Shown: positions 11,588-23,600 of the stretch, one piece after another
How positions within the stretch are numbered: position 1 is the first letter of the stretch
Layout: each line of letters starts with the position of its first letter
From: Callorhinchus milii
Taxonomy: Eukaryota
DNA: 64,000 nucleotides
Assembly (NCBI RefSeq): GCF_018977255.1
Contig: NW_024704742.1
Location: 131,628,001 to 131,692,000 of the forward strand
Direction of reading: 5' to 3'
The notes under the pieces: model-generated
The model's input: only the letters and a program-made list of their open reading frames with translations
What the model was told of the DNA's origin: nothing
The model's database searches: none
Made by a program: the position numbers and the translations under genes

Positions 11588-11770
11588 ACAATAATAAATT
11601 GGTCATTTTCAATCTACGACTGTTTGTGGGACATTGCTGTGCGCAATTGGCTGCCGCGTTCGCCCACAAATATACAGTCAATTCACTTTACAGTGTGTTC
11701 TGTGAAGCGCTTTGGACCGTCCTCCCGATGTGAAAGCGCTATATCAAATGCAAGAATTATTATTATTATT
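11588..11770 (+). mobile_element. SINE 3' half (young), inverted relative to the 10837 copy
   Basis: roughly 95% identical by eye to the reverse complement of 10837-11020. Confidence 0.92.
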
Positions 11771-12679
11771 ACTGGCTGTCTTATAGCAATGCCCCCTCCC
11801 ATCTGTTTTAGGCTCACCAATAAAGTGGAAATAGCTCATCAACATCCATGTTATCGAATCCTTTCATAATCTTAAACCCCTTTCAATCCTCTCAACGTCT
11901 AGAGACAAAAGATCCAATCTTTCTTGTATCCATTGAAATCTGGTAACATCCTTAACATGTGGAGACAAACTCAGGCACAGTTAATAATGGGGGCGGATGA
12001 TCTGGTTGTCACAAAAATCAGGAAACAACACAAATTTCATTCCGTATGTTCAATTTTTTATGATACTACGCGATTAAATATTACAAAGAATGAATTTTAA
12101 TAAACAGCAAAAAAAATGCGACGTCAAGCTGTGAGCCTTTATCCTACCCCAACTATTGGTTTTGGAGTTGGCAAAGGCAATATCTTTATCTACAGTGACA
12201 CTCAGCTTGTTGGCAATTGGCCCTGTGTTCTTCCCACCCACCTATGTTCCTTTGCTCACAAAGAGCACAATCCCATCCTAGGCTCACATCACTGGCCCCC
12301 AATCTGAGTGGGGACAGGAAATTCAAGGCAAATGCTTTGATGAATTATTCAGGGTAAATGTGCTGCACTAATTGCACAATAATAAATAAATAAACGCAGA
12401 CATAAATAATATCAAAAACTAATCAGCACCTGCTCTGAACTTTGAGGAACAGAAGTTAATTTTTTTTCAACTAAAACTTTAAAAAAATGCATGTGTTTTT
12501 GCACCGTGTTTCATCTGTTCTGATGGAGCAAAGATAAAATATTCCTCTAAGGTCAGTCTTTGTTTATAGTGTGTTTTCCCATCCTCTTTATATTTCCCAT
12601 CCATATGGAAGTTGACACTTGAAAAGATGCAGTGCCATGTGTGAAAAGATATAAAATGTTGTTTGTGCAATATATGTTT

Positions 12680-12972
12680 CAGATTGAGACGTTAAACCAA
12701 GATCCCATCTGCCTGTTTAGGTGGATGTAAAGATTCCATGGCACAATTCAAAAAGAGAAGAGTTTCTGCTGGTGTCCTGGCCAATAATCCCCCAATTAAA
12801 ATTGGGCACTCACTCCATGGCTCTTTGTGGCATTGCTGTGCACAACTGACTGCAATGTTTCGCTCACAAAATACTGTGTCAATCCACTTTACAGTATATT
12901 CTCTGAAGCGTTTTGAGAAGTCTCAACGACATGATCAGGCGCTATATCAAATGCAGGAATTATTATTATATT
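12680..12972 (+). mobile_element. Deu/SacSINE-like SINE 3' two-thirds
   Basis: gagacgttaaacc...gtaaagattccatggcac...ggtgtcctggccaa; L2-type tail. Confidence 0.8.
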
Positions 12973-13639
12973 ATATAACCGAAACAGACACTGGGCTTCT
13001 CGAGTGTTTACGCATTCCAAATTTAAATGGCACGTTGCATTAATATCACAAAAGCAACAATGATTCGAATTAGATCTTGCCACAAATATGACGTGTAACA
13101 GCAAAGGCACTTGCTTGACAAACAGGAAGTCTTGAGAATTTGAGGAAAATTTTCTCTGCCTTCAAATGCCCACAGTTGCATTGAAAGACCAGTGATATAA
13201 TCTGTGGAATTGTGAAATTTCTTGACAAAGCATAAAAATTGTCAAAAGGCTTTTCTTTGAAATCACCCGTGACCATCGGACCATTGTCCTATCTCAGGTT
13301 AATAAGGGAAAGAGATGAAGGTGCCATTTCGGAGGTTCTTGCTTGTCATTTCTCATGAATTAAATTAGCTGTATAATTTTATTTATAAACTGCATTTCAC
13401 GTCGGGAGGACGTCCCAAGGCACTGATTCTCTCACCATTCCCTCACTGAGCTCCTCTTCACACTAACCTTTTCCCTTTCTATTCCCTTCCTCTCCTGAGT
13501 GCAGTGATCAGTGTTGGGTACACAACCAGCGATACTCTCTCTGATGCTTTCCCCCAAGTGGAAGGGGACCTGTATCTTCAAAATAATGTCAAAAGTTTCA
13601 AAAAATTTGTTTAAAGTTTAAATATCTGAATGTGCCCCC

Positions 13640-13815
13640 TCCCTCCCTCCCCAACTTCAAGTCTCGCCTGAAGACCTTCCTTTTTGATTGTGCTTACTGT
13701 CACCTCCCCACACCCTCTCCCCATGCCTTGTTGTCAGACTCCACGACTGTAAAGTGCTCCAGGACATTACCCCGCGTGAAGGGCGATATAAATGCAAGTT
13801 GTTGTTGTTGATGTT
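13640..13815 (+). mobile_element. older L2 3' end
   Basis: ttcaagtctcgcctgaagaccttcctttttga...tataaatgcaag(ttg)n. Confidence 0.8.
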
Positions 13816-13821
13816 GGTATA

Positions 13822-13945
13822 TAAAGAAAAGTAACATCCATTCATATTTAACATACCAGTCTTATTGGTCTGGCTGACCCATCACTGAAAACTACTTAGA
13901 AATTATGGAGTCTATGGAGTGATCTAAATTGCAATAACACAATAA
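13822..13945 (+). mobile_element. R4/Dong-clade LINE 3' terminus
   Basis: aagaaaagtaacatccattcatat...attggtctggctgacccatcac shared with the copies at 29955 and 51870. Confidence 0.65.
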
Positions 13946-14267
13946 TAATGATAATAATTATAATAATCCTTGCATTTGATTTAGCGCTTTTCACATCTTT
14001 GAGACGTGTCAAAGCACTTTACAGGATATACTGTAAAGTGAATCCACTGCATATTTGTGGGCGAAATAGGGCAGCCAATTGCACACAGCAGTGTCCCACG
14101 AACAGTCGTGGATTGAAGTGACCAATTTATTATTGTTTTTTTTCTTGAGGGATTATTATTAGGCGTGTGGAGTAAGGAAACTTGTCCAAGGTTTCGCCCT
14201 GCCGGGAATCTAACCCAGGTCTCTCGCTTGCGAGGCGAGTGCTCTAAACACTGAGCTACAGGACTCC
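13941..14267 (-). mobile_element. full-length tRNA-derived SINE, short subfamily
   Basis: (AAT)n tail through ctgagctacaggactcc head. Confidence 0.93.
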
Positions 14268-14344
14268 ACTGATATAATAATATCTGACTTAGAGGTGAGA
14301 GAGCTACCAACCAAGTTAAGCTGACGCACAACATTGAGAGAGTA

Positions 14345-14475
14345 GAAGGAGAAGACACAGGTTTAGAGTCGTAAACGGCAATTTCAGGACAGACACCAGG
14401 AGTGTTTTCTTTTCCCAGAGGCTAATTAATGACTGGATCAGTTTATCAGGAAAGGCTGGTTGAGGCTATAACTCA
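14345..14475 (+). mobile_element. CR1 ORF2 C-terminal fragment
   Basis: ggcaatttcaggacagac..agg...ttttcccagagg...tgg, a CR1 'FR.D.R..FFSQR.I..W' motif. Confidence 0.7.
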
Positions 14476-14476
14476 T

Positions 14477-14956
14477 TGACCACATCACTCCCAACCTCGC
14501 TCGCCTCCACTGGCTCCCCATCCCCCAGAGGATCGAATTCAAGATCCTCATCCTCACCTACAAGGCCATTCATAGCCTCTCTGACCTACTATCCCCCTAC
14601 TTACCTGCCCGTACCCTCCGTTCCTCTGGCTCCAGTCTGCTCCACATCCTCCGCCCCAACCGCCCTACCATCAGTGGCCGGGCCTTCAGCCTCTCAGCCC
14701 CGAGGCTCTGGAACTCCATCCCCCATTGCCTTGCTTCCTCCCTTTCCTCCTTCAAGGCCGGTCTCAAGACCTTTCTCTTTGACCGTGCCTTCAGCTCCCC
14801 TCTCGACTCTCTACCCCCTCCTCACTCCCTCCCTTCCTTCCCCTCACCCTGACCATTTCCCCCCTGCTCGGGTCCCGACCCAACTGTCCAGCACCTTGGG
14901 AAGTCCTCCCGACGTGAAAGGCGCTCTATAAATGAAATCTTGTTATTGTTGTTGTT
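14477..14956 (+). mobile_element. young L2 3' fragment
   Basis: DHITPTSLRLHWLPIPQRIEFKILILTYKA motif; (TTG)n tail. Confidence 0.92.
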
Positions 14957-15957
14957 TATAAAAAGGTGCTTGTTACTCACAATCAAAAAACTTTGCAAAA
15001 ATTGTGCGCAAACTTAAAACAAAACTGGGAAAACTATTTTCCAGATTAAGAATTTCCCCAAATTATATATAAATTTAAACTAACGCTCTCAATGTTAAGA
15101 ATGTGAGCTTTCAGGTTGCTCTTGTGGGGAACAGAATTCCATCCAATGCCTTCCAGGTCAATCAGTGTTTTCAGGTTCGGCAAAAAATAGGTTCAGGATA
15201 AAGACATCGCAACAGAGGGGCAAACCTATAATGCACCTTTGCATCCACTTTCATCTCTCCCACTGGCTGTGTCTGGCTTTTCAGAGCACCAGGACCATTT
15301 TAGTGGCTGATTATGGGCAATTTTATGCCAATTAGGAGCTGGGTTGAAAATGCTGAAACTCACATCACTTAAGAGCTTTCAGAGAGAGGAAAAGAGCATT
15401 CATCTCATCAACCTGGACTGGAAAGGAGTGGCTGAAAGGATAGAAAGCACTCAGACCTGCCTGTGTTCATGTGCTTTGAATAGTGTTTAACTCCTGCATT
15501 GCCAAACTTGTCTTGTAACTCCTAGGGAGATGGTGACCGTTTAAGACCTTCCTCTTTGACCATGCTTATAGTCACCACTCCCTCCCCCCAGCTCAGTGAC
15601 AGGCTCTGCCACAGTTAAAATTTACAATCAATTCACTTTACAGTATATTTTGTGAATCACTTTGAGACATCTTGAAGATGTGATATGGCGCTATATCAAA
15701 TACAAGGATTATTATTATTATTAAGCTCTCCAAGACGCTGCCCCGAGTGAAGGGCACTATATAAATGCAAGTTGTTGTGATTGTTGTATCTGCAACTTTC
15801 AGACCACGCATTCTGCTCTCATTACACAAATACTTACACTCAGAATACAGAGCTTGACTCAATTCGATATGAGGTTCCGTCGACTTTACTTATAGTCATT
15901 TCTTGGGGGGCGGATTTATTAGCTGGATCATGTCATGAAAAATGTATAGGTTCAATA

Positions 15958-16150
15958 ATGGCCCAGCAGGTTGATTCAGTGAGTAGCTGACCCATACAGA
16001 AGGGGAGGATCCCAGGTTTGATCCCTGATCTGTGCTGAGTTAGCTGATCTCAGCACGAGCAGCAAATCGGGCGTTATAATTGGCTTCATTGACCCAGATG
16101 AGGGTGGGAACCAGAGTTTCCACTATTAATCACTATCTCACTGAATGCTG
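15958..16150 (+). mobile_element. AmnSINE2-like ancient SINE relic
   Basis: cccaggtttgatccctgatctgtgctgagttagctgatctcagc...aattggc resembles the AmnSINE2 consensus as recalled. Confidence 0.55.
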
Positions 16151-16179
16151 CTTAAACATTCTAGTCTCTGTATTGATAT

Positions 16180-16865
16180 CAGGATAATCCTTGTATTTGA
16201 ACCAGCACCTTATCAGGTCATCAAACGTCTCAAAGCGCTTCACAGAACTTGCTATAAAGTGTAATTTTGTAGGCAAACATAGCTGGGTGACCATATTTTA
16301 TAAAAAAAATCCCGGGACACATATTAAAAAAATAGAATTCACCACAGTTGTAGGGATATGGGGAAAGCGCGGGTGAGTGGGACTGATTGGGTAGCTCTTC
16401 CAAAGAGCTGGCTCAGGCATGATGGGCTGAGTGGCCTCCTTCTGTGCTGTAATATTCTTTGATTCTATGATTCTAATTGCTGAGAAGCTTGTTGGATTAA
16501 TGTCTGTGTTTCTCTGATGTGTGTATTTGTTTTGGAATTCTATTATTCTTGCTCAATTTGTTGCTGAATTCATCCAGAGACTGTCTCCAGAAATAGGTGA
16601 CATATGGTCATCGTAACTTAGCAGCCAATTTGCGCATAGCAATGACCTGCAAACAACCAAGAAGTGAATGATCAATTTTATACGGGGGAATCGTTGGCTT
16701 TTCAAATCGTTGGCTTTCTCTTTTCAAATAGTGTCTCTGGATGTTTAATGATGGCAAATGGGATCTCGGTTTAACATCTCATTTGAAGTCCGACACCTCA
16801 AACAATGCCGCAAAGCCCCAACACTGCATTTGGAGTGTCTTGATAGACTATATGAAGTCCCAGAG
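16180..16865 (-). mobile_element. Deu/SacSINE-like SINE split by a hAT MITE
   Basis: tail at 16180-16283, body resumes at 16623 (agccaatttgcgca...ggtttaacatctcatttga...cactgcatttggagtgtc). Confidence 0.75.
16284..16614. mobile_element. hAT (Blackjack/MER94-like) non-autonomous element containing a CR1 tail (16350-16475)
   Basis: TIRs tgggtgaccatat / catatggtcatcgt; 8-bp TSD aacatagc / aacttagc. Confidence 0.7.
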
Positions 16866-16970
16866 TCTCCCCAAGGCATTCTGGAAGGATAAAATCAAAT
16901 GTGTTTAAGGGTATTCTTCATCTGAACTAATGTTGTGATCATTAATAAGATCACTGGGGTAGGCTTCCAG

Positions 16971-17160
16971 CCTTGATCTGCTCTATTAACATTACATTAC
17001 AGAGAGTGCAGAATTTGGCGAAATGTTGATTTCAGTTTTAACTCTGAAGCCAATTTCTTCAAAAAAAATTGAAAACTGGCTTCAAAATTAAAGTCTGTAT
17101 TTATGAACTTTGCCAAATTCTGGACTCTCTGAAATGCTAAATTAATAGAGTAAATCCAGG
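16971..17160. mobile_element. palindromic MITE-like element, copy 2
   Basis: arms ccttgatctgctctattaac...cagagagtgcagaatttggc / gccaaattctggactctctg...ttaatagagtaaatccagg; interior matches the 7588 copy inverted. Confidence 0.75.
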
Positions 17161-17664
17161 TAGAATTTCTACCCAGCCATTTCATTACAATCCACTGCAA
17201 CAGATGTCACTGTCTTAAATGCCTACATCAATATAATAACAATAATAATCCTTCCATCTGATGTATCGCCTTATCATGTCTTCAAGACATCTCAAAGCGC
17301 TTCACAGAATATACTGTATATTTTGTGGGCAAAACGCAGCAGCCAATTGCACACAGCAGTGTCCCACAAACAGTCGTGGATTGAGTGAACACATTTTTTT
17401 TTGTTTTTTTTGTCTCTCTGTTTCATTGCCATATTTGGTTTCAGAAACATAACATTGTGGGCTTTCAGGAACTGGTTTACAGATTCAGTTTGACAAACAA
17501 TTATGTCTAATCACATCTGCAATGGATTCCTCTTTAAAAGTCCGTCAAGGTGACGTTATCATGTGTTGCAATACAACTAAGTGAATCTCAGCGATGCCAC
17601 CTTTATTATAGCAAACAGACAGCAGAAATACAGGGAGCAGCCACTATGAGAGTGTTTACAATGC

Positions 17665-17960
17665 AATATAAATGTGTATTTATATAGCGCCTTTCACTTT
17701 GGGAGGGTGTCCCAAGGCGCTGGACGGTCCAAGGTTTGTACCTGAGCTGTGGGTGGGGGCTGACGGGATGGGGAAAAGGGAGGAATAGGAAGAAAGATGT
17801 TCAAAAGCATGGTGAAAGAGGAAGGAATTGAGTTAGACCTTGAAAGGAGGTAAGGGAAGAGTTGAGGCAAAGGAAATGTGGATGGAGTTCCAGAGAATGG
17901 GAGCAGATATACTGCTAACTCCAGATTGTGGGGCAGGTAGAGTGAGGGACTATTGAAGAT
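17665..17960 (-). mobile_element. older L2 3' fragment
   Basis: tatatagcgcctttcac...cccaaggcgctggac...ggagttccagag, the reverse complement of an L2 end. Confidence 0.75.
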
Positions 17961-18764
17961 ATTATAATAATAATAATCCTTGCTTTTGATACAATGCCTT
18001 TTCACATTGTTAAGATGTCTCAAAGCACTTTATAGGATATACTGCAAAGTGATATGACTTTGTATTTCGTGGACAATTAAGATGTGCCAAAACACATTGT
18101 GTTATTGATGTTGCAAAATGATAATAGTGTATTTGTGTGTGAATATTTTTAGCTTTGCTACTGTTATTCAAAGCCATGAATCTCTAAATATTATCCTATC
18201 TTATCGACCATACACTGAAACAAAGTGCCAGCGTTTGAATGGGATTTATTGAATTGAGCTAAACTGCAATGTCATCAATTTATAAGCTGGTCACTCACTC
18301 TCACACATAAATTGTGTCCTGGCAAGACAGACTAACCATTTGTCAAATTTTCTAGATTAAGGTGGCAAAGTAACACACTTCAAAAGTCATTTTAATGAAT
18401 ATAATCAGCCCTTAAAATAACAGTCTTACATTTGATAAACATTGTTTTCTTGTCAATGTAATAATGATAATCCTTGCATTTGATATAGAGCTTTTCATAT
18501 CTTTTAGACGTCTGAAAGCGCTTCACAGAATATGAAGTGAATTTGACTGTATATTTGTGGGCGAAATGTACAATCACAAACTGAGTATTGATTCTAACAT
18601 GACAAGAGACACGCAAATATGTATCAGCCCTTAACATGTTGCATCGCCCAGTTTTAATCTTAGTTGCTATGAGTTGCTATCAGGTCTGATTTATTCTGCC
18701 CCTTGTCGATTCTACATAAGCAACGATTTATTGATACAGTACCTTCTCCCTAGAATAATCTTGT

Positions 18765-19090
18765 GGAGTCCCATAGCGTAATGGTTAGCGCGCTCGCCAC
18801 ATAAACGAGAGGACTCGGGTTCATTTCCTGGGCAGGGCGAAACCTGAGGCATAGTTACTTACTCCACATGCCTCTGTTTACCTAGCTGTAAATAGGAATG
18901 TGGTTGTAAGTCGATTCGCAGATCGCTTTCGCTGATGTGGCACTGCTGTGCACAATTGGCTGCCGTGTTTTGCTCACTAAATACACAGTCAATCCACTTT
19001 ACAATATATTCTGTGAAGCGCTTTGAGACTTCTCAACGACAAGATAAGGCGTTGTATCAATTGCAAAGATTATTATTATGATGATGATGA
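18765..19090 (+). mobile_element. tRNA-derived SINE, long subfamily
   Basis: ggagtcccatagcgtaatggttagcgcgctcgcc head; middle segment; ATT/ATG tail. Confidence 0.9.
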
Positions 19091-19312
19091 TGTTGCAAAG
19101 TACCTTTTAAAAACACTGTGCATCACAATATGAGATGTTGCTGATGTTAATTGGATGCTGCGTTTGCTGTGCACTTTATCAATTTTCACTTTGAATCAAT
19201 TTTATTTTGTAGAGCGCCTCAGGATGTTTATTTTATATGAAAGATATGTAAAAACATGCTTTTATTGTTACCTCCGATCAGGATGGGAAAGAGGGTGAGT
19301 TAGGGGATGAGG

Positions 19313-19705
19313 GTCAGGCTGGCTCAGTTGGTTGCTCGCTTGCCTCTGAGTCAGAAGATTGTGGGTTTGAGCCTCATATCGAGACTTGGAATTCACACAG
19401 TCTACGTTGTGGGTGTTGTATTGTTGAAGTTGCTGTACTTTGGATGAGACATTAAACCAAAGTCAGGTCCGTTTTTTCCTTGACTTTAAAGATCTCATGG
19501 CACTATTTGAAAACCAGAAGGGAGTTACTCCTGGTTTCCGGGCCAACAAGCCCCAACTTAAATTGGTGCGTCACTGCATTGTCGTGTTTGGGACGCTGCT
19601 GTGCACAAATTAGCTGGGGGAATTTTCCTACACTTTACTGAGTATCTAGTGAAAAACTTTGAGATGTCTGCCTGATTTGAAAGGCTTTGTATCCAACATA
19701 AGTGT
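19313..19705 (+). mobile_element. Deu/SacSINE-like SINE
   Basis: ggctcagttgg...gcctctgagtcagaag...ttaaagatctcatggcactatttga. Confidence 0.85.
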
Positions 19706-20464
19706 CATTCAGGGGGTTTTGAAGTCCAGGAAAGAAGCCGTAGGACAAAGAGATTTGACCTGTATCAGCACAGGTACCAGACATACATGAAAAATTCACA
19801 CCCAAAGGATGCAATTCAGGAGTTCAGTATTCATTTCATTTCAGATTTTATGCCCTGATGCTGTGTCTGGAATTTCAAAAAAACATACTAGAGATAAGAG
19901 AGTGGGAGCGTATGAAGGTTAGCCAAAGCCATATAACAATCAATATAAATTGATAGCTTGGCCAAAGGGTTCTCTCGAGACAAAATGGTCAATTTTACAA
20001 TTTCTACAGCAACAACAACAAATGACAAATTACATTTGTATGGTGCCTTTCACGTCAGTAGGACGTCCCAAGGCGCTTCAGTTTAAAATTTATTATTTAC
20101 TATTTAAGGTAAAGTGTGACGGCTGAGTATTTTTAGACCTATGTGGAGGTAGCAAAGTTACCTATAATAACAATAATAGTCTTTGCATTTGAAATAAAGT
20201 CCCACAAACAGTCATGAATGGCCAATTTTATTTGGGTGACTGTTGGTCAGGACATCGGAAGAAGCTGCCTTCTCTTTTTGACTAGTGCCGCAGGATATTT
20301 AATGTCTGCCTGAACAGGCAAACATGATCTTGGTTTGAAGACGACGACACCTCTATCAATGCAGAACTCCCCCAGCCCTGTACTGAAGTGTTAGGCAAGC
20401 TTAAAGTTCAAACTCTTAACTTGGGCTTGTACCCACAACCACTGAACTGAGAAAAATATAATCA

Positions 20465-20720
20465 ATGCTTTAGGATGCAAAAAGACAGTGAAACAAGAGT
20501 ACACAGGTTTAGAGTTGTGAAGAGCAATTTCAGAACAGACAGGAAGTTTTTCATTACCTAGAGGGTAATTAACAACTGGATAGTTTGCCAGAAAGATGAT
20601 TGAGGCCAGATGTTAAATAAAACTGTACTGTGATGGGTGGACGGTAGGGTAGACATTCTTGAAGTATGAGATGAGATTGGCCGAAGGGCCTTCTTCATCC
20701 AGATCAATTTTGTGATCTTG
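20465..20720 (+). mobile_element. CR1 3' end
   Basis: caatttcagaacagacaggaag...gagggtaattaac...ggccgaagggccttc. Confidence 0.75.
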
Positions 20721-20812
20721 AGAGGCGAGAATGCTGCCAACTCAGCAGGGTCTCTCTCTCCAGATAACCTCATCCTGAAAAGCATGAGGCTCTGGTTGGA
20801 AAAAGGCTCTGT

Positions 20813-21104
20813 GGAGTTCTGTAGCGTAGTGGTTAGCACGCTCGCCTTGTAAGAGAGAGGACCCGGGTTTGATTCCCAGGCAGGGCAAAATCTTTGGTAA
20901 GTTTTCTTACTCCACACCTCTGTTTATCTAGAGGTAAGTAGGAACCCGATTGTTGGTCAATGGTGGATTGCTCTTTGGGGGTAATAATCCTTTTTAAAAA
21001 AAAGGCAATTCACTTTACAAGGTATATTCTGTGAAGCTCTTTGAGATGTCGTGAAGACGTGATAAGGTGCTAGATAAAATACAAGAATTTTTCTTATTAT
21101 TATT
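20813..21104 (+). mobile_element. tRNA-derived SINE, long subfamily (tRNA-Val-like head)
   Basis: gtagcgtagtggttagcacgctcgcc resembles vertebrate tRNA-Val gtagtgtagtggttatcacgttcgcc. Confidence 0.9.
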
Positions 21105-21134
21105 AAGTTATTTCAGCAGCTATAAATTTAAGTC

Positions 21135-21420
21135 GGAGTGGTAGTGTGACACATTGGGTTAGTATTACATGATCATTTCGCCTCTGGGACATGAGTTCAA
21201 ATCTAACTTCAACTGATGAGCTGAAAGTTTTCTCTCTCTAATGGCTTCAACCAAAGGTCCAGTATGAATTAAGACAAGGTGATCTTAACCCGTTACAAGA
21301 GCTCATGGCCCAAGGCACTTGAACAGCTTAAAATTAGAACAGGTTTGGCATCAATTTGGCAGGCCTACATGATGGAATGAGAGCTGGTGTGAAAAACCTA
21401 AAGCGATGTTCTTGTGATGT
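21135..21420 (+). mobile_element. LF-SINE-like ancient SINE relic (5' half)
   Basis: catttcgcctctgggacatgagttcaaatc...gaaagt resembles LF-SINE cctttcacctctagg...ggttcaaatcc...gaaagtc (recalled). Confidence 0.55.
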
Positions 21421-21624
21421 GCAGTTTATATTTAGAAGTCTTCAATGTTTTGATTAGGAATGTGCCCATCCCACCTCCAGCCGTCTTCTCAGTGTTATGT
21501 GCATGTTCAATGTTAATCTTGGTGATTCTGGTATTTGATTGTCGTTGAGTGGGATGACATCTCTTTGTGCAGTTTTTAGTTTGTTGAAAAACTCCACTAA
21601 TCCATGGGATAGGGCCTTTTTATA

Positions 21625-21905
21625 ACAACAACAGCAATAATAATAATATTCCTTGCATTTGATATAGCACCTCATCACGTTGTTGAGATGTCTCAAAGCT
21701 CTTCACAGAATATACTGTATATTTTGTGGGAGAAATGCGGCTGGCAATTGTCCCACAAACAGTCATGGATTGAGTGACCAATTTTTTTTAAAGGAATTAT
21801 TACCCCCGGATCCACCAATCGCCCAACAAGTGGGTTCCTACTTACTATTAAGTAAACAGAGGTGTGTGGAGTAAGGAAACTTGCCCATTGTTTTGCCCTG
21901 CCTGC
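21625..21905 (-). mobile_element. tRNA-derived SINE, long subfamily, head truncated
   Basis: tail, body and middle segment on the minus strand. Confidence 0.85.
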
Positions 21906-22067
21906 TATTGATCACATAATAAAATTTATGCGTGTGACTAAAAGACAAAGAGACAAAAGGTCTTAAAAATAAAATGCAAAGGTCATAACGAATCATTATA
22001 TGTACAGCTCAAGTAAAAGTTCACACGTGCACACACCAACACATCAGATGGTCAAACAAAAGACTAT

Positions 22068-22385
22068 ATAGAATCACAGACATTTACATTGCACAAAAGG
22101 AGGTCATTCGGCCTATCTCTCAGGTCTTGCTCTCTCAGGTGTTCAATTAATCCCACTGCTTTGCCTTGTCCCACACACCCCTTGAAGCGTCTAACTTTCA
22201 CAAAGCTGTCTACTTCCCTCTTGAAACTCACAATGGACTCTGCCTCCACCACCTTTCTTGACAGGTTGTTCCACATCTCAACAACTCTCTGAGGTAAAAG
22301 CATTCTCCTAAGCTCTCCTTCCACTCTTCCTGTGAGCATCTTATAACTATGGCATCAATCACTGATTCCCCTACTAGTGGAAATA
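22068..22385 (-). mobile_element. CR1 3' end
   Basis: ORF 22064-22339 has CR1 'QRVVEMWNNL..KVVEAESIVSFKREVD'; terminal attctat motif. Confidence 0.88.
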
Positions 22386-22922
22386 GCTACCATATATATC
22401 GGAACCACAGATATAAATATCACATGTATGTGTAGAAAACCTTTTGTCAACTTTAAAGCAATGGCATTTCAAAATACAATGGCAGGAATACCTTGCTGCG
22501 GATGGAGCTCTGACAACAACAATGTGTATTTTCCTGAAGGAAAAATATCCTCAAGGAAAAATATCACTGTCAACGGGTGGGCTCCAACATCAACAGAGAC
22601 AAAATTGTTATGAATAAAGGTTAATGCTGTAGGATGAGCACAAACACTGAGGCATGTTTTACGCACAGTAGGATTCCAATTCTCAGCTGTTGTCCCGAGG
22701 GTATGGATTGAGTCCTCTGTGTATTAGCACATATTTCTGATCCATGTGCTGAGGTGAATGTTAACAAGCTGAAGAGAAACTGCTAGCGTTCATTAATTAA
22801 ACAAATATAATTCGTACATGTCAGATTGTGGACATTACCTAAGGCTGTTACAGTGCTGCGTGGAGATTGTGACTGTGCAAGTTGATTCAGTAGTCTCATA
22901 TGATACGAATTGGTCTTAGCAT

Positions 22923-23076
22923 TGGGGCCAAAATTGCAACATTTGTAAAGCGTATTTGTTGCCTTAATTGCAATTTACCGTTTGCAAATGTCAGATTGCA
23001 AGATTCACCAAAATGATTCAGCAAGTTACAGTTAAGGCAGCTAATCCTGTTTGAGAATATTGCATTTTACACCCCA
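22923..23076. mobile_element. palindromic MITE-like element (second family)
   Basis: tggggccaaaattgcaa...tgccttaattg / cagttaaggca...ttgcattttacacccca inverted arms. Confidence 0.6.
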
Positions 23077-23364
23077 GTATGTAAGACAGCAAATTCATCC
23101 CAGGTTTCAATTACGTTCTAATGCAATTGATATTCATGTCTTCCAATGAGACGTGAAAAGCCTGAGGGAGTGTTGGAGATGCACACCTTAGCCGAACTAC
23201 CAGTGTTCAATATTCTCATTCATGGTCTACTAAGGAAGTGTTGTCTCCACATTGATCTAACAAGCTGTGAGACCAGGGAAAGCAGACTGATAACTGATAA
23301 CCAAAATGCCTTCATGTTATGAGGAGAGAAGGTATGGCTTTGTACGTCTGAACTGAGTATTTGT

Positions 23365-23600
23365 TTGTGATTGTCGGATCGCTTTTCTGGGAGTAATAAC
23401 CCCTTCAAAAAAATAATAATAATATAGTCACTCAATCTATGACTGTTTGTGGGACACTGCTGTGCGCAATTAGCTGCTGCATTTCGCTCACAAAATATAG
23501 TCGATTCACTTTATAGTATATTCTGTGAAGTACTTTGAAATGTCTCGAAGATGCGATAACGCGCTATATCAAATGCAAGGATTATTATTATTATTAATAA
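23365..23600 (+). mobile_element. SINE 3' part, long subfamily
   Basis: ggatcgcttttctggg...ctgtttgtgggacactgctg...(ATT)n. Confidence 0.88.

Noticed and set aside
11390..11869. Recurrent ORFs containing '[25 protein letters not shown]'
   Set aside because: These are translations of the SINE 3' body, not a protein family
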